From: Acidobacteriota bacterium
Lineage (GTDB): Bacteria; Acidobacteriota; CAIWXX01
Direction of reading: 5' to 3'
Assembly (NCBI GenBank): GCA_040755995.1
Contig: JBFMAF010000049.1
Coordinates: 1-64,000, forward strand
Length of the DNA: 64,000 nt
How positions within the stretch are numbered: position 1 is the stretch's first letter; each line of letters begins with the position of its first letter. Shown here one piece after another: positions 1-10,778 of the stretch. The position numbers and the translations under genes were made by a program. The notes beneath the pieces are model-generated. The model was not told the origin of the DNA, searched no databases, and saw only the letters and a list, made by a program, of their open reading frames with translations.

Positions 1-154
1 GCGCTTCCCGCACGGGGGCCTCCCTACCATTATCGCCAGATTCCTCGACGGCTCAAACCCACCAACGCCCGAAACCTATCCGACGATAATGCTTCAGATC
101 ACCGACGCAGAGCGCGGCGCCTGACACCTTTCCGCCGCAGTCAGCACTGCGGCA

Positions 155-565
155 ATGACGGTTTCGGACATCCGGCTGACCACCTGTTCTGGAAAGGGAG
201 AGCGGCGCCCCGTCACGGGGAATGGCACTATCAGCATGGGCACCGGCGAGGTCCCGCTCTGCGAGCCCGGTACAATTCTCTGCCTCCCGGGTGCATGGCG
301 GACCTGGATGAACCGACTGACGACCGAACTGGTGCGAGGTGGAGTGACTGTCTTGAAGGGATACGAAGCTGATGATCCCGTGTGGGCTTCGTTCGGAGTC
401 GGTCCTGAGAGCGGCGCACTGGTCAGCGTGCTGCGTGATCCAGCCGGTGGATCGCCCGCGATGCTGATTGTCGTTCAGCTGGGAACCTGGCGATTCGAAC
501 AGAAGACGGACTACGAAATAGCATTCAGCATCCTGCCGGCAGAATTCCCGGAGATGCCTCGATAG
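155..565 (+). CDS. hypothetical protein
   Basis: 136-aa ORF with plausible composition; no family recognised. Confidence 0.4.
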   Translation: MTVSDIRLTTCSGKGERRPVTGNGTISMGTGEVPLCEPGTILCLPGAWRTWMNRLTTELVRGGVTVLKGYEADDPVWASFGVGPESGALVSVLRDPAGGSPAMLIVVQLGTWRFEQKTDYEIAFSILPAEFPEMPR

Positions 566-1217
566 ACCGGCGAGCTGACACCGGCAGGATGGCAAGCCAG
601 CCGATTCACCGGCACCCCTCTGCATTCGGCTGTTCCAGCTTCGGAGTGGGTGGTTCACGGTGGGGAGCGGAGAGGCGAGGACACGGAGAAGGTGTGAAGT
701 AGTGCAGCCCCGCTCTTCGCGTCTTCCCCTGACCGCGTCCCTGAGTAGATAGCCACTTGATGCCGGGCTAATTACAACACGCTGTTGATTGGTGATGGAC
801 GCCATCTGGGGGCTAGGCGCACCGGATTCCGGAGCTGGAATCTGTCGGCGGCAACTCTACCTTGACCACGCTTGGTTCAGGCAGTTCTGAATCCCCCTTT
901 GTCAGGAGTTCAGGAATTCGATCCTGCCGCCCGTTATGACTGGTAGTGGCGGAGAGAAAAACGATGCTGAGCGGAATCCCCGGTGGTCAGGGTTGCGGAG
1001 GCTTTCTGATCCGACCCCAACCGCCCATCCCGGCACGGTCAATGCGCCAGGAGGAAGGCGTTGCATTCGGTCGCGCGAACTCACCACAGGAGCTTGACGC
1101 GCGCCGATCGTCCCGCCACCAGGTGGAGCTCAGGGAGGTGGTATAGGGAAAGGTAGATTTCTCCTACACACTATCAGGCGGCATCTCAACAATTTACCGT
1201 CGAAATGGAGGAAGCAA

Positions 1218-2066
1218 ATGAACAGACCCGTTGTACGATCGATCGCATCACTAGCGTTTGCACTATGCGTCGGCGCAACATGCATGGCGCAGAGCCCCTG
1301 TATCGTAGACTTGAAGACCCCCAGAGCGGGTGACAGGCTGAAGATCCTGGACACCGTGACGATACGCTTCGCCGCGATTTCTCCGCGTGGGGTTGTCTGG
1401 CTGTACCTGGCGAAGGGTTCGGGGGAACATCGGAGGGTACTTGGCGAAATTGCGTGCGTTCCCGCGATTGGCGGGCGCTATGATTGGACGGTGGGGCAGT
1501 ATTCGGCATCGAACGGCAAGGCGATCGCCGTCACCGGGGACGATTACAGCATCGTGGCCAGCGTAGTAGGTTGCAGCGACTCCTCCGGTCAGTTCACCAT
1601 CTCCCCTCGGATCGACGTGCGATCGCCGAACGGCGGAGAGCAGTGGCTGATGGGCAGTGTTCATGGAATCAGGATCGACTATTTCGACGGGCGATCCTGT
1701 ATCACGCTGGAGCCCACAAAAGACCCGTGGTCCATGCCGGTGACCGTAGACTTGACACTGCTCGCCGGCGACGGGCGTGCCTTCTGCATCGACCGCGACT
1801 ATCGCTCGACGATCGAGTGTCCCGGCCTCCCGTTCTCACCCCGGCTCTGGCCAGGCCTGACCTACTCCTGGTCGGTGGGGTCGCTGTGCGATGCCTACAT
1901 GGACCACGGTGGCACCGGTTTCAGAATCATGGCTCGGGTCACGCTGTTCGCTGTCTACCCAAACGAGCCGCTGGTTCTCGAAGACGAGAGCGATGAGACG
2001 TTCAGCATATGCGATTTCATGAGTGGGGGGCTCTGCGGATTCATTCACATCGTTCCCGGCGAGTAG
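1218..2066 (+). CDS. secreted hypothetical protein with Ig-like/beta-sandwich modules
   Basis: RBS GGAGG upstream; signal peptide (LAFALCVGATCMA); 'SPNGGE..W' and 'SD.SD..F.I'-type motifs typical of Ig-like surface domains. Confidence 0.6.
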   Translation: MNRPVVRSIASLAFALCVGATCMAQSPCIVDLKTPRAGDRLKILDTVTIRFAAISPRGVVWLYLAKGSGEHRRVLGEIACVPAIGGRYDWTVGQYSASNGKAIAVTGDDYSIVASVVGCSDSSGQFTISPRIDVRSPNGGEQWLMGSVHGIRIDYFDGRSCITLEPTKDPWSMPVTVDLTLLAGDGRAFCIDRDYRSTIECPGLPFSPRLWPGLTYSWSVGSLCDAYMDHGGTGFRIMARVTLFAVYPNEPLVLEDESDETFSICDFMSGGLCGFIHIVPGE

Positions 2067-2544
2067 TCCGCACATGCGAGGCGGATGCATGCGTACGGTT
2101 TGCTGCGAGCTGCGGGTATCGCAGGCTTCGGCGTCCGCCAGCGTGTTCCATTTCGCGTCGAGATCCCATCGGGTAGGAGCTCCTCTCGATGCGGTGTGAA
2201 ATCCGGGAGCGTGGCTGTCCCCGGCGCTGGATTCCAGCTCAGGACTACCGGCCGACAGTCGCGCTCCCACCGCCCTCCCGAAGCAACCCCTCTCGCCGCG
2301 TGAGGATTCAGACGATTCGCCAGGCTGCACGTCTACTCATGTGGGAGACAGACAAGGCCGTTCCGGCTTCGGAGTCGGCCGTCACAAGATATGGTCGTTC
2401 ACAGTCGGATGCTACGCGGAGACGCAGCGAAGAGGCGAAGTCCGCTTCTCCGAGAACTCGACTCAACGACAACACGCTTTTCGCCACAAGCATGCTGGTA
2501 CCCGCTGCAGACTCAGAGGGTCGTATTGCCGGGAGGAGGTAGAC

Positions 2545-3789
2545 GTGGAGCGCGTTCTTGACAGTCCGCCCTACGCGGCGGGGCGGCCGAGTGCCGAGTC
2601 ACCCGTGCAGTGGTCGCTCAACTGGCTGGTTCGTCGTTACGGCTGTCCACTGGAATGGCCGGCCATCAGGAAGTGCCTGCTGCTCGTGTCTCTTGCCGGC
2701 CTGTTCTCGACGTGGAATGTGTGCCTGGGCGAGTACCTGCGAAGGCATCTGGATCTTGTGCCCTTCCTCGACCACGCTCTTCTGGAATCGGCAGTCAGAG
2801 GCGGCAGGCTGGTGGTGCTGGGCTATGTCGGGCTGTTCCTGGCAGGGGTCTCTCTCCTCAGGTGCGCTCCGGACAGCCGATGCTTCGTGCATCTGACTTT
2901 TCAATTCTTCGCAATCACGACCGCGCTGACGGCATGCCTGTCGGACCCGCTCGGGGCCTCGTTCTGGCTGAGCATCATCGGCTTTTGTGTGATCGGCCTG
3001 CTGCTCTTTGGCGAGTCAACCGTCGCGACGGCCCTTCTGACGTTCGTTGCCATCTGTGCGAGCAGTGTCACACTGGCGTCGCTGGGATTCGTTCCCTACG
3101 CGCCGCTGGTGATTGGACCCCCGTTCACAGAGGACAAACTGGCCGGATGGTGGGTAGCGAAGACCGGGATCGCCTCAATCCTGATACTCGGTGTTGTCCT
3201 GGTTCTGTGTTCTTACATCTTCGGTCGGTGGCGGGACCGGGAGGCGGAGTTGAAGGATCTGTCAAACACCGACCCCCTCACAAGATTGGCCAACAAGCGG
3301 CATCTCCTGGAGCTCGGCAGCCGCGAGTTCGCCCGCCGCAAACGCCATGGGGGCGCCCTGTCCTGCATCATGGTCGATCTCGATCACTTCAAGGCAGTCA
3401 ATGATCGCTATGGTCATCTGGCCGGCGATGTCGTTCTGGGTGAGGTTGCCAAGATCCTGAGACAGGTCCTGCGATCCCACGACGTGGCAGGACGCTATGG
3501 TGGAGAGGAGTTCGCTCTGCTGCTTCCTGACACGGAGCTTGACCCGGCGATCATGGTGGCAGAACGCTGTCGGAGGGTAATCGAAGATACACCGCTCATC
3601 ACCGAGAACACCACCATACGGATCACGGCGAGCATGGGTGTCGCCTCGGTCAGCTCGAGCACCATCGAGTTTCGCGACCTCCTGAGATTCGCGGACAAGG
3701 CACTTTACGCTGCCAAGCAAGATGGAAGGAATACAGTCGTCGCAGCCGGCCTAACGACCGTGCAGGCGACCCGAGGATGCGAACAATAG
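2545..3789 (+). CDS. membrane-bound GGDEF diguanylate cyclase
   Basis: Multiple TM segments followed by DPLT, DLDHFKAVNDRYGH, RxxD I-site (RSHD) and GGEEF; start moved to GTG 2545 behind GGAGGAGG. Confidence 0.92.
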   Translation: MERVLDSPPYAAGRPSAESPVQWSLNWLVRRYGCPLEWPAIRKCLLLVSLAGLFSTWNVCLGEYLRRHLDLVPFLDHALLESAVRGGRLVVLGYVGLFLAGVSLLRCAPDSRCFVHLTFQFFAITTALTACLSDPLGASFWLSIIGFCVIGLLLFGESTVATALLTFVAICASSVTLASLGFVPYAPLVIGPPFTEDKLAGWWVAKTGIASILILGVVLVLCSYIFGRWRDREAELKDLSNTDPLTRLANKRHLLELGSREFARRKRHGGALSCIMVDLDHFKAVNDRYGHLAGDVVLGEVAKILRQVLRSHDVAGRYGGEEFALLLPDTELDPAIMVAERCRRVIEDTPLITENTTIRITASMGVASVSSSTIEFRDLLRFADKALYAAKQDGRNTVVAAGLTTVQATRGCEQ

Positions 3790-4060
3790 ACCGCGCGCGT
3801 CCGAGTCAGCTGGTCCCAGGCCGCGACGCCGTGATACAGCTTGCCTGCGGGCGGTTGACGGATACTTGTCGAAGCGGCCGCTACGCCGAACACCATGAGG
3901 GGCAGTAGGTTTTCCTAAAAGCGGGATTGCTATCGTTCACAGTCAGGACGATCTCGGGGGCCTTGCGGCCCGGTCTTCCGCGAGCACGCCGCGTACCCAC
4001 GTTCGCGTGAATGCAAGGTCGACGCCGCCGGATTCGGGCCATCCATCCATCCTCTTTCTG

Positions 4061-4089
4061 TTGACACTGGGCTGTGCATCTGCTAAACA
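4061..4089 (+). promoter_or_regulatory. sigma70-type promoter upstream of the GNAT pair
   Basis: TTGACA-N17-TAAACA with a TGn extended -10. Confidence 0.45.
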
Positions 4090-4231
4090 GGGGCTATCAT
4101 CTGAGGGCAGTATGTGTGGATCTACATCGCAACCAATTCATTTCCACTCCGAATCGTGACCCGGAGTGAAATCTCCTTGTCGGTGGCATCTTCGTCAAGA
4201 GGGGGTCCTCTTGTCATGAGGGAGGGTTGTC

Positions 4232-4894
4232 ATGTCAGCTAACCAGAGCACGCTCGTTTCCTCCAACGCGGTCCGAACAGTCGATGAGAAAACGCTCTTC
4301 CGGGACTTCCCCAAGACGGTAACGCTCCGCGATGGGCGCGAGGTGGTCCTGAGACCGATGGCCGGCGACGATTTCGAGAGGTCGTACGCCTTCTTCCGCG
4401 ATCTCCCCGATGACATCCGGCTGTACCTGAGGGCGGACGTGACCAGGAAAGACGTGGTAGAACGGAGGATGAAGCACGACGACCGCCACCGCTTCCTGCG
4501 CCTCGTGGCGGTCCATGGGGACAAGATCGTGGCTGACGCCACGATCTATCGCCAGATCCACAGTTGGCAGAGACACGTCGGGGAATTGAGAGTCATCATA
4601 CATCCCGACTATCAGCGCCACGGGCTGGGTATGGATCTCATACGTGAGCTCTACGAGATTGCCAACAGAACGGGCCTGGACGTCATCTACTCGAACATCA
4701 TAGAGGAACAGAAGGGGGCTGTCAGGATTCTTGAGAAACTCGGATTCAAGAAGGAGCTCGTCAAGAAGTCGCACGTGGTGGACATGATGGGGCGCAAGCA
4801 CGACCTGATCGTCATGACGTGCAACCTGGCGGAGCTATGGGACCACCTGGAGATGCTCATGCTGCAGATGGACACGGCCCTGAGTCAAGAATGA
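4232..4894 (+). CDS. GNAT family N-acetyltransferase
   Basis: VTLRDGREVVLRP N-terminus, acetyl-CoA motif IHPDYQRHGLG, EKLGF. Confidence 0.88.
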   Translation: MSANQSTLVSSNAVRTVDEKTLFRDFPKTVTLRDGREVVLRPMAGDDFERSYAFFRDLPDDIRLYLRADVTRKDVVERRMKHDDRHRFLRLVAVHGDKIVADATIYRQIHSWQRHVGELRVIIHPDYQRHGLGMDLIRELYEIANRTGLDVIYSNIIEEQKGAVRILEKLGFKKELVKKSHVVDMMGRKHDLIVMTCNLAELWDHLEMLMLQMDTALSQE

Positions 4895-4944
4895 CCACCG
4901 GCATTCGTTGAGCGAATCATGACTTTCATGGGGGAGGAGGCATA

Positions 4945-5484
4945 ATGGGTTCCTATCCAAAGACAGTCGAGCTTAAAGATGGCACGTCTATCGTCGTCCG
5001 TCCGATGAACGAGAGGGACCTTGACAAGTCTTTCGAATTCTTCCGGAGGTTGTCTGAAGAGGACCGGACCTTCCTCAGAGTGGACGTCACCAACAGGGAG
5101 GCCCTCGAGAGGCGTATGCATCCGGATGGGTGGGACGAGGAGAGCTGCTTCCGTCTGGTGGCCGAAAAGGATGGCACCATCGTCGCCGATGCCACGCTCT
5201 GCCGCCCCAAGCACGGCTGGACCTCGCACACTGCCGCCCTCCGCTACATCATCGACCGTGATTTCCGCCACAAGGGATTGGCCGGCGTACTGGTCAGGGA
5301 ACTGTTCATTGCCGCCGTCAGAGAGGGCGTCGAGAAGGTCGAAGTGGAAATCATGGAAGACAATATCGGGGCCATCAAGAGCGTCGAGAAGATCGGATTC
5401 AAACGCGAAGGGACCCTCAGAGACTTCGTGACCGACATCAAGGGCAGAAAACACAACCTGGCGATCTTGTCCTACTTCATCTAG
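4945..5484 (+). CDS. GNAT family N-acetyltransferase (paralog of the upstream gene)
   Basis: VELKDGTSIVVRP, DFRHKGLA, EKIGF; RBS GGAGGAGG. Confidence 0.88.
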   Translation: MGSYPKTVELKDGTSIVVRPMNERDLDKSFEFFRRLSEEDRTFLRVDVTNREALERRMHPDGWDEESCFRLVAEKDGTIVADATLCRPKHGWTSHTAALRYIIDRDFRHKGLAGVLVRELFIAAVREGVEKVEVEIMEDNIGAIKSVEKIGFKREGTLRDFVTDIKGRKHNLAILSYFI

Positions 5485-5540
5485 CGAGGCTGCGCCTCAG
5501 ACCCACGAGGCATGTCACGGTTGGAGCGGCGCAGCCTCGC

Positions 5541-5570
5541 GTCGAGAGTCGAGAGTCGAAGGTCGAAAGT
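5541..5570. repeat. short 7-bp tandem repeat (GTCGAGA/GTCGAAG)x4
   Basis: gtcgaga gtcgaga gtcgaag gtcgaaa, intergenic. Confidence 0.6.
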
Positions 5571-5863
5571 GAAAACCGTGGGAATTGACGGCCAATGACG
5601 CACCGCTCCAAGAATTTGACTCAATCGCAACACGTTTTTCGCCTCAAGCCATTCTAGCGAGGCTCCGCCCGAAGAGCAACTCCGGGGCGCGTCCGTAGTC
5701 CAGCGAGATTGGCCTCGCGTCTGTGGACGTGAGCGAATCCACAGTCGCGGAGTGCACATTGACTCTGGTGTTCAGAACCACCCTCGAGACGGCGGGGTAG
5801 ACCGAGTACGACGATACCGCCCGGCAGCCGCGCCAAGCAGGGGGCGCGTGGTAGAATGCGCGC

Positions 5864-6925
5864 GTGGGCACGCCAGGAAGACTCCGGTACATCGACCTGC
5901 TGCGCGGGTGGGCGATCATCCTGATGTTCGAGACGCACGCCTACCACGCGTGGTGCGATCCCGCCGCAAAGCAGACCGTCTTCTACATGCTCACACGTAT
6001 GCTCGGCGGACTCGCGGCCCCCCTCTTCCTCTTCCTGGCCGGCCTGTCGCTGGTACTGATGGAGGCGACCATGGTGAGAAAGGGGCTGGCTCCGGGGGCG
6101 ATCCGCAGGGTTCTGTTCACTCGATGCCTCTGGATCTTCGCCGCCGCCTTTCTCTTCAGGATACAGGCGTATCTCTTTCAGCTGGGAGTCGCGAAGTGGG
6201 AACAGATCCTCCGCGTCGACATCCTGAATTGCATCGGCCTGGCGCTGCTGCTGATCGCCGCGCTGCTCCAGCTGCCCCAACGATACCACTTCGGCACGTT
6301 CTCGGTTCTCGCCGCCGGCGTGGCGCTGATGAATCCCCTGGTCTTCGACCTGGAGCTGCGCCAATACCTTCCGCGATTGCTCGCCGACTATATCAACGGG
6401 CCGCCGCCTTGGGCCCTATTCCCGATCTTCCCGTGGGCTGGCTTTGCCCTGGCGGGCGCAGCCCTGGGCACCGTGCTGCTGCGTCACCGCGCGGACTCCG
6501 GCTCCGACCGGAGCTTCATGAGATGGCTTCTGATCGCATCGATCGCTACCTTCGCCGCCTCCTGGGCGCTCCACCTCTCGCCTGTTCATCTCTACCCGCG
6601 CTACGACTTCTGGAGAACAAGCCCTCAGTACTTCGCAATCCGGCTCGCATCGATCGGAATCCTCATGACGGCTTGCTACGCATGGCGGCTGGTGCGTCCC
6701 GCGCCGCGGTTCAGCTTGCTTGAGCAGATGGGGCGGCACTCGCTGCTGCTCTACTGGGTACACGTCGAGATCGTTTACGGCAGGGCTAGCGCGCTGATCA
6801 AGGGTCGACAGAGCGTCGAGCTCGCGTCGCTGTGGCTGCTGGCGCTGGCCGCTTCGATGCTCGCCCTATCATTCTTGCCCGATAACCTCAGAAACCGGAG
6901 AAGACTTGGTGTGACCGCCAACTGA
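5864..6925 (+). CDS. DUF1624 / heparan-alpha-glucosaminide N-acetyltransferase-like membrane acyltransferase
   Basis: RLRYIDLLRGWAIILM..H, AAPLFLFLAG, DILNCIG, FPIFPW, GRHSLLLYWVH. Confidence 0.85.
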   Translation: MGTPGRLRYIDLLRGWAIILMFETHAYHAWCDPAAKQTVFYMLTRMLGGLAAPLFLFLAGLSLVLMEATMVRKGLAPGAIRRVLFTRCLWIFAAAFLFRIQAYLFQLGVAKWEQILRVDILNCIGLALLLIAALLQLPQRYHFGTFSVLAAGVALMNPLVFDLELRQYLPRLLADYINGPPPWALFPIFPWAGFALAGAALGTVLLRHRADSGSDRSFMRWLLIASIATFAASWALHLSPVHLYPRYDFWRTSPQYFAIRLASIGILMTACYAWRLVRPAPRFSLLEQMGRHSLLLYWVHVEIVYGRASALIKGRQSVELASLWLLALAASMLALSFLPDNLRNRRRLGVTAN

Positions 6926-6934
6926 CAGGCGCCC

Positions 6935-7492
6935 ATGGAATTCGATGAACGAGAAGTCGTAGCTCGCGTCCTGGGCGGTGATGAGAGCGCCTTCAATCAG
7001 ATCCTGGATCGCTACCAGGACCAGCTCTTCCGACTGGCCCTACGCCTGACGCGCAACCGGGAGGACGCGGAGGAGGTGCTGCAGGAGGCGCTTGTCCGCG
7101 CGTTCTTCAACCTGTCGAAGTTCCGCGGAGAGAGCTCGCTCCTCACGTGGCTCTACTCGATCACCTTGAGGACGGGGCTGAGGCGGCGCCGCCAGCGGGC
7201 GAGGAGGGACCTGTTTACTACGTCTGTAGAAGATATCCCGCGTGACCCCGCGAGCCCGGACGCGCTCCCGGACGCCCAAAGCCACGATCGGGAGATCGCG
7301 CGACACATCGACGAGGCCGTGCTGAAGCTGCCGCGCGCCCAGCGCGCCGTATTCGTCCTGCGGCACCAGGAGGAGCTCACCTTCAGGGAGATCGGGCAGC
7401 ATCTTGGGAAGAGCGAGGGCGGAGTGAAGGCGCTCTATTTCCACGCCGTGCGCAAGATGAGGAAGTTTCTCCAGAGCGTGTGGAAGGAATAG
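6935..7492 (+). CDS. ECF sigma-70 factor (RpoE/SigW-like)
   Basis: EDAEEVLQE, FRGESSLLTWLYSI, region 4 HTH (ELTFREIG...SEGGVK). Confidence 0.92.
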   Translation: MEFDEREVVARVLGGDESAFNQILDRYQDQLFRLALRLTRNREDAEEVLQEALVRAFFNLSKFRGESSLLTWLYSITLRTGLRRRRQRARRDLFTTSVEDIPRDPASPDALPDAQSHDREIARHIDEAVLKLPRAQRAVFVLRHQEELTFREIGQHLGKSEGGVKALYFHAVRKMRKFLQSVWKE

Positions 7493-7546
7493 CGAGGCGT
7501 GGCCTCGGGGTGATGAGGCCAGCGAAGGCGCCTTGGCCCGGCCTCG

Positions 7547-8254
7547 CTACTTCGTCGGCTCGCTCGGGCCGCCGCCGTGGAACGCCTCGTCGTGTTCCTC
7601 TGAAGCCGGCAGCTCGGTTCCGTAAGCCTCGCCGAAGGCGCTCAACATGGTCTCGAACGGGAGATCGGCGTACGTGCCGCGGTCTCGCACGTACTCCATG
7701 TGCCGGCGCCCCTCGGCGTCGTACGGGTGAAACAGCGCATCGGTACGGCCGTCGAACTCGAGCGGTCTGACACCGAAGCGCCGGCAGAGCTCGATGTTGA
7801 ACGCCGGTGTCGCCTTCACCCACTTCCCGCCAATGTACAACTCCGAGTACGCATGGAAGACGAACAGGTCGGTCTTCAGGCGACTGCTGAGCTTGCCGCT
7901 CGACAGGTGATTGCGGACGTCGGCGAAGCCGAGGCGTGCGGGGACTCCGAGAGCGCGCGCGCACGCGGCCAGCAGAATCGCCTTGGGCACGCAGAACGCG
8001 CGCGATTGCTTCACAACGGCGCTGGCGCGGTAGTTGGCCGGGTCGAGCGAGACGGTGTAGGGGTCGTACCGGATCCCGTCGCGGATCGCGTAGAACAGAC
8101 GGACCGCGATATCGGCGTCGGCGTGTGCGCTGCCGGCCACGCGTCTGGCGAAGGCGATCACCGCCGGGTTGTCGCTGTCGACGAAGTGGGCCGGCTGGAG
8201 GTACTCGGCCAGGTCTTCCTGCATCCGCGCCTGAAGCTGTTCCTCGCCGGTCAT
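7547..8254 (-). CDS. transglutaminase-like family protein
   Basis: IRYDPY, FCVPKA (catalytic Cys), GVPARLG, HAYSELYIGGKW; start inferred at 8254. Confidence 0.88.
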   Translation of the reverse strand: MTGEEQLQARMQEDLAEYLQPAHFVDSDNPAVIAFARRVAGSAHADADIAVRLFYAIRDGIRYDPYTVSLDPANYRASAVVKQSRAFCVPKAILLAACARALGVPARLGFADVRNHLSSGKLSSRLKTDLFVFHAYSELYIGGKWVKATPAFNIELCRRFGVRPLEFDGRTDALFHPYDAEGRRHMEYVRDRGTYADLPFETMLSAFGEAYGTELPASEEHDEAFHGGGPSEPTK

Positions 8255-8395
8255 CGCGAGTCTGGTGCTGGGGCGCGGCATGAAGCCCGTGTGAGGGGAC
8301 CGGCCGTGAACGAGTCGCCCACGACCGCCTGGGCGTTGGCGATCACGGCACGCTCCGCCCCGCGGCGGCAATCGCACATCGTTTGGAGCATGTCG

Positions 8396-10717
8396 TCAGA
8401 ACGTCGTGCCGATGCTGAACTTGAATGCGGTGCGGTCGTGGCCCTTGAAGTCTCCCTTCGGCCCCTCGATAGTGGGGTTGTAAGCGTAGATGAGGCGGAA
8501 GGGGACGCGGAACATGGGGATGAAGAAGCGCGCTTCGAGGCCGGTGGATGAGAGCAGGTCGAACGGCTTGTACCCCTGGTCCTCGGCCCAGACGTTGCCT
8601 GCGTCGAAGAACAGGACCGCCTTCAAGGGGCCGGCGATCGGTATGTAGTACTCGAGGTTGTACAAGAGGCTCTTGTTGCCGCCGATCGGGTTGCCGTACT
8701 CGTCGCGTGGGCCGATGTCCATGTACGGGAATCCGCGCACGCTCTGTTCGCCGCCCATGAAAATCGTCCCTCGAAAAGGCAGCGGCTCGCCGCCGAAGCC
8801 GGTCGCGTATTGGATCTGGAAGCGCGCCCCAAAGCCCGTCTTCTTGGTCATGGGCTGGTAGCGGACCAGCTCGAGCTCGTTCCTGTAGTAGTCGAAGCTC
8901 CCGCCCAGCCAGCCGCCCGAGACGGTTTGCGTCAGCACCCACCGGTTGCCCGTGAAGGGGTCCAGTGGATTATCGACGGTGTTGCGGAAGATGGAGTAGG
9001 TGAGGGCGCTCTCGGAGCCGCTTCGCAGGTAGAGTTTGTAGAAGGGGTCCTCGAGGAGCTGGGGGTCGATATCCGTGAATCTCACTTCCTGGTATCCGTA
9101 GATCCACGTGTTGCGCCAGTAGCTCCTGCCGAGGGGGAAGCCGAACAGGATGCTGCCGCCTGTCCGGTGCTGGCGGTACCCCTGGTAGACCAGGCGAGTG
9201 TTGGTTTTGAATGCGTCGATTCCGAGGGAGATACGCTTGTCGAGGAAGTATGGCTCTGTGATTGCCAGCCGGATGTTTGTCGTGCGCTTTCCGCCCTGGA
9301 GCTCCACGTCGAAGTTCTGCCCCGCGCCGAGGAAGTTGGTGGTGGAGTAAGCGAGGGAGCCGAAGGTGCCTTCGAGCTGGCTGACGCCGCCTCCAAACTG
9401 GATCTGGTTGCGCTGCGCCTCTTTCAACTCCACCGTCACGTTGAGGCGGTTCTTGCTCAGCGGGTCCGGTTCGATTTTCGGCTCTTCGGTGAGCTCCACC
9501 AACCCGAGCTGCTGTATTCGCTTCAGGCTGTCCTCGAACCGCTTGGAGTTGAAGACGTCGCCCTCGTCGAGCATGAACTCGCGGCGCAGAACCTTGTCCT
9601 TGGTCGTCACGTTTCCCTTGAACTCGACGCGGTTCAGGTAACACAGCTCGTTCTCCTCGACGCGTACCGTCAGATCGACCGTCTGGTTCTCGTCGTTGAG
9701 CATGTCGAGGGGCACGGGCTGGGCATAGAAGTAGCCGCGTTCCGCGTAGAGGTTGCGTATGTCCGAAAGGCTCTTGTTGCGGCTGGTGATGTTGTAGGGC
9801 TCGCCGATCTTGAGTTCGACCAGCTTCAGCAGGCGGTCCGCCGGGAAGACGGTGTTTCCATCCACCTTGATGCTCGCCGTCTTGTATGGCTTGCCTTCGC
9901 GAACCGGGATGTCGAAGAAGAGCTTCTTCCGGTCGCGCCGCAAAAGGAACGTCTTGAAGTCTTCAGACCGGATCGTCGGTGGATCCACCTGGATCCGGAG
10001 ATATCCCTTGTCCCAGTACTTGAGCCGAACGCGGTCCATGTCCTCGTCGAATTTCTCCTTCGAGTAGACATCCTTGGAGGTCAGGAACGACAGGAACCAG
10101 TGTTCCTTCTGGAGCTTCATCGCGCGCCGTAGCGACCGGTCCGAGATGATGGTGTTGTTCGAGAACTTGATCTCCTCGATGCGCGCCTTGGGCCCTTCAT
10201 TGATCTTGAAGACGAGCTGCGCCTCGGTGGCGGAGGTCGGGCTGATCTCGGTCTGCACCGTTCCGAACTGCAGCCCCTTGTCCTTCATCAGCTTCTCGAC
10301 TATCCGCTTCGCCTTTGCCGTCACGGCGGGGTTGTAGACGCTGTTGGCAGTCAGCTCCACCTTCTCCTTCTTCAGCTCGTCCTGGATCGAGCTCGTGGTG
10401 ACGGCCTTGTTTCCCCGATAGTCGATCGCCTTGATCACCGGGCGTTCTTTCAGAATGAACGTGACGATCTTGCCCTTCTCGCCGTCCTTCTCTTCCAGCT
10501 TCATGTCCGAGAAGAACCCGGTGCTCCAGAGCCTCCTGAAGTCCTCCTTCAACTGCTCCTCGTTGTACTCCTCACCCACCTTGCTGCCGACGTAGTACAG
10601 GATCGTCGACCGGTCGATTCGGAGATTGCCCGAGACGCGGATGTCTTCGATGACCGCAGCGCTTCCCATGGAAGCCGCTCCGAGCATGGTCAGTACAAGC
10701 GCCATTCTTCTCAGCAC
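8396..10717 (-). CDS. bamA: outer membrane protein assembly factor BamA
   Basis: Signal peptide, POTRA repeats (GN..TKDKVLRRE), VRGF loop motif, C-terminal FSIGTTF. Confidence 0.95.
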   Translation of the reverse strand: MLRRMALVLTMLGAASMGSAAVIEDIRVSGNLRIDRSTILYYVGSKVGEEYNEEQLKEDFRRLWSTGFFSDMKLEEKDGEKGKIVTFILKERPVIKAIDYRGNKAVTTSSIQDELKKEKVELTANSVYNPAVTAKAKRIVEKLMKDKGLQFGTVQTEISPTSATEAQLVFKINEGPKARIEEIKFSNNTIISDRSLRRAMKLQKEHWFLSFLTSKDVYSKEKFDEDMDRVRLKYWDKGYLRIQVDPPTIRSEDFKTFLLRRDRKKLFFDIPVREGKPYKTASIKVDGNTVFPADRLLKLVELKIGEPYNITSRNKSLSDIRNLYAERGYFYAQPVPLDMLNDENQTVDLTVRVEENELCYLNRVEFKGNVTTKDKVLRREFMLDEGDVFNSKRFEDSLKRIQQLGLVELTEEPKIEPDPLSKNRLNVTVELKEAQRNQIQFGGGVSQLEGTFGSLAYSTTNFLGAGQNFDVELQGGKRTTNIRLAITEPYFLDKRISLGIDAFKTNTRLVYQGYRQHRTGGSILFGFPLGRSYWRNTWIYGYQEVRFTDIDPQLLEDPFYKLYLRSGSESALTYSIFRNTVDNPLDPFTGNRWVLTQTVSGGWLGGSFDYYRNELELVRYQPMTKKTGFGARFQIQYATGFGGEPLPFRGTIFMGGEQSVRGFPYMDIGPRDEYGNPIGGNKSLLYNLEYYIPIAGPLKAVLFFDAGNVWAEDQGYKPFDLLSSTGLEARFFIPMFRVPFRLIYAYNPTIEGPKGDFKGHDRTAFKFSIGTTF

Positions 10718-10778
10718 GACTCACTCCTTTGTTACTTAATCCTCGCCGTTCGTTGCGGGCACCGGCGACGAGACGTCC

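Noticed and set aside
53..805. 250-aa minus-strand ORF
   Set aside because: Arg/Ser-rich composition that does not look like protein, and it overlaps a more plausible plus-strand ORF.
813..975. Minus-strand frame containing ELPEPSVVKV, faintly like a MazF/PemK toxin
   Set aside because: Too short, no start codon and no other motifs; cannot be supported by eye.
3790..4230. Long intergenic region as a riboswitch or ncRNA
   Set aside because: No recognisable consensus; an Rfam/Infernal scan would be needed.
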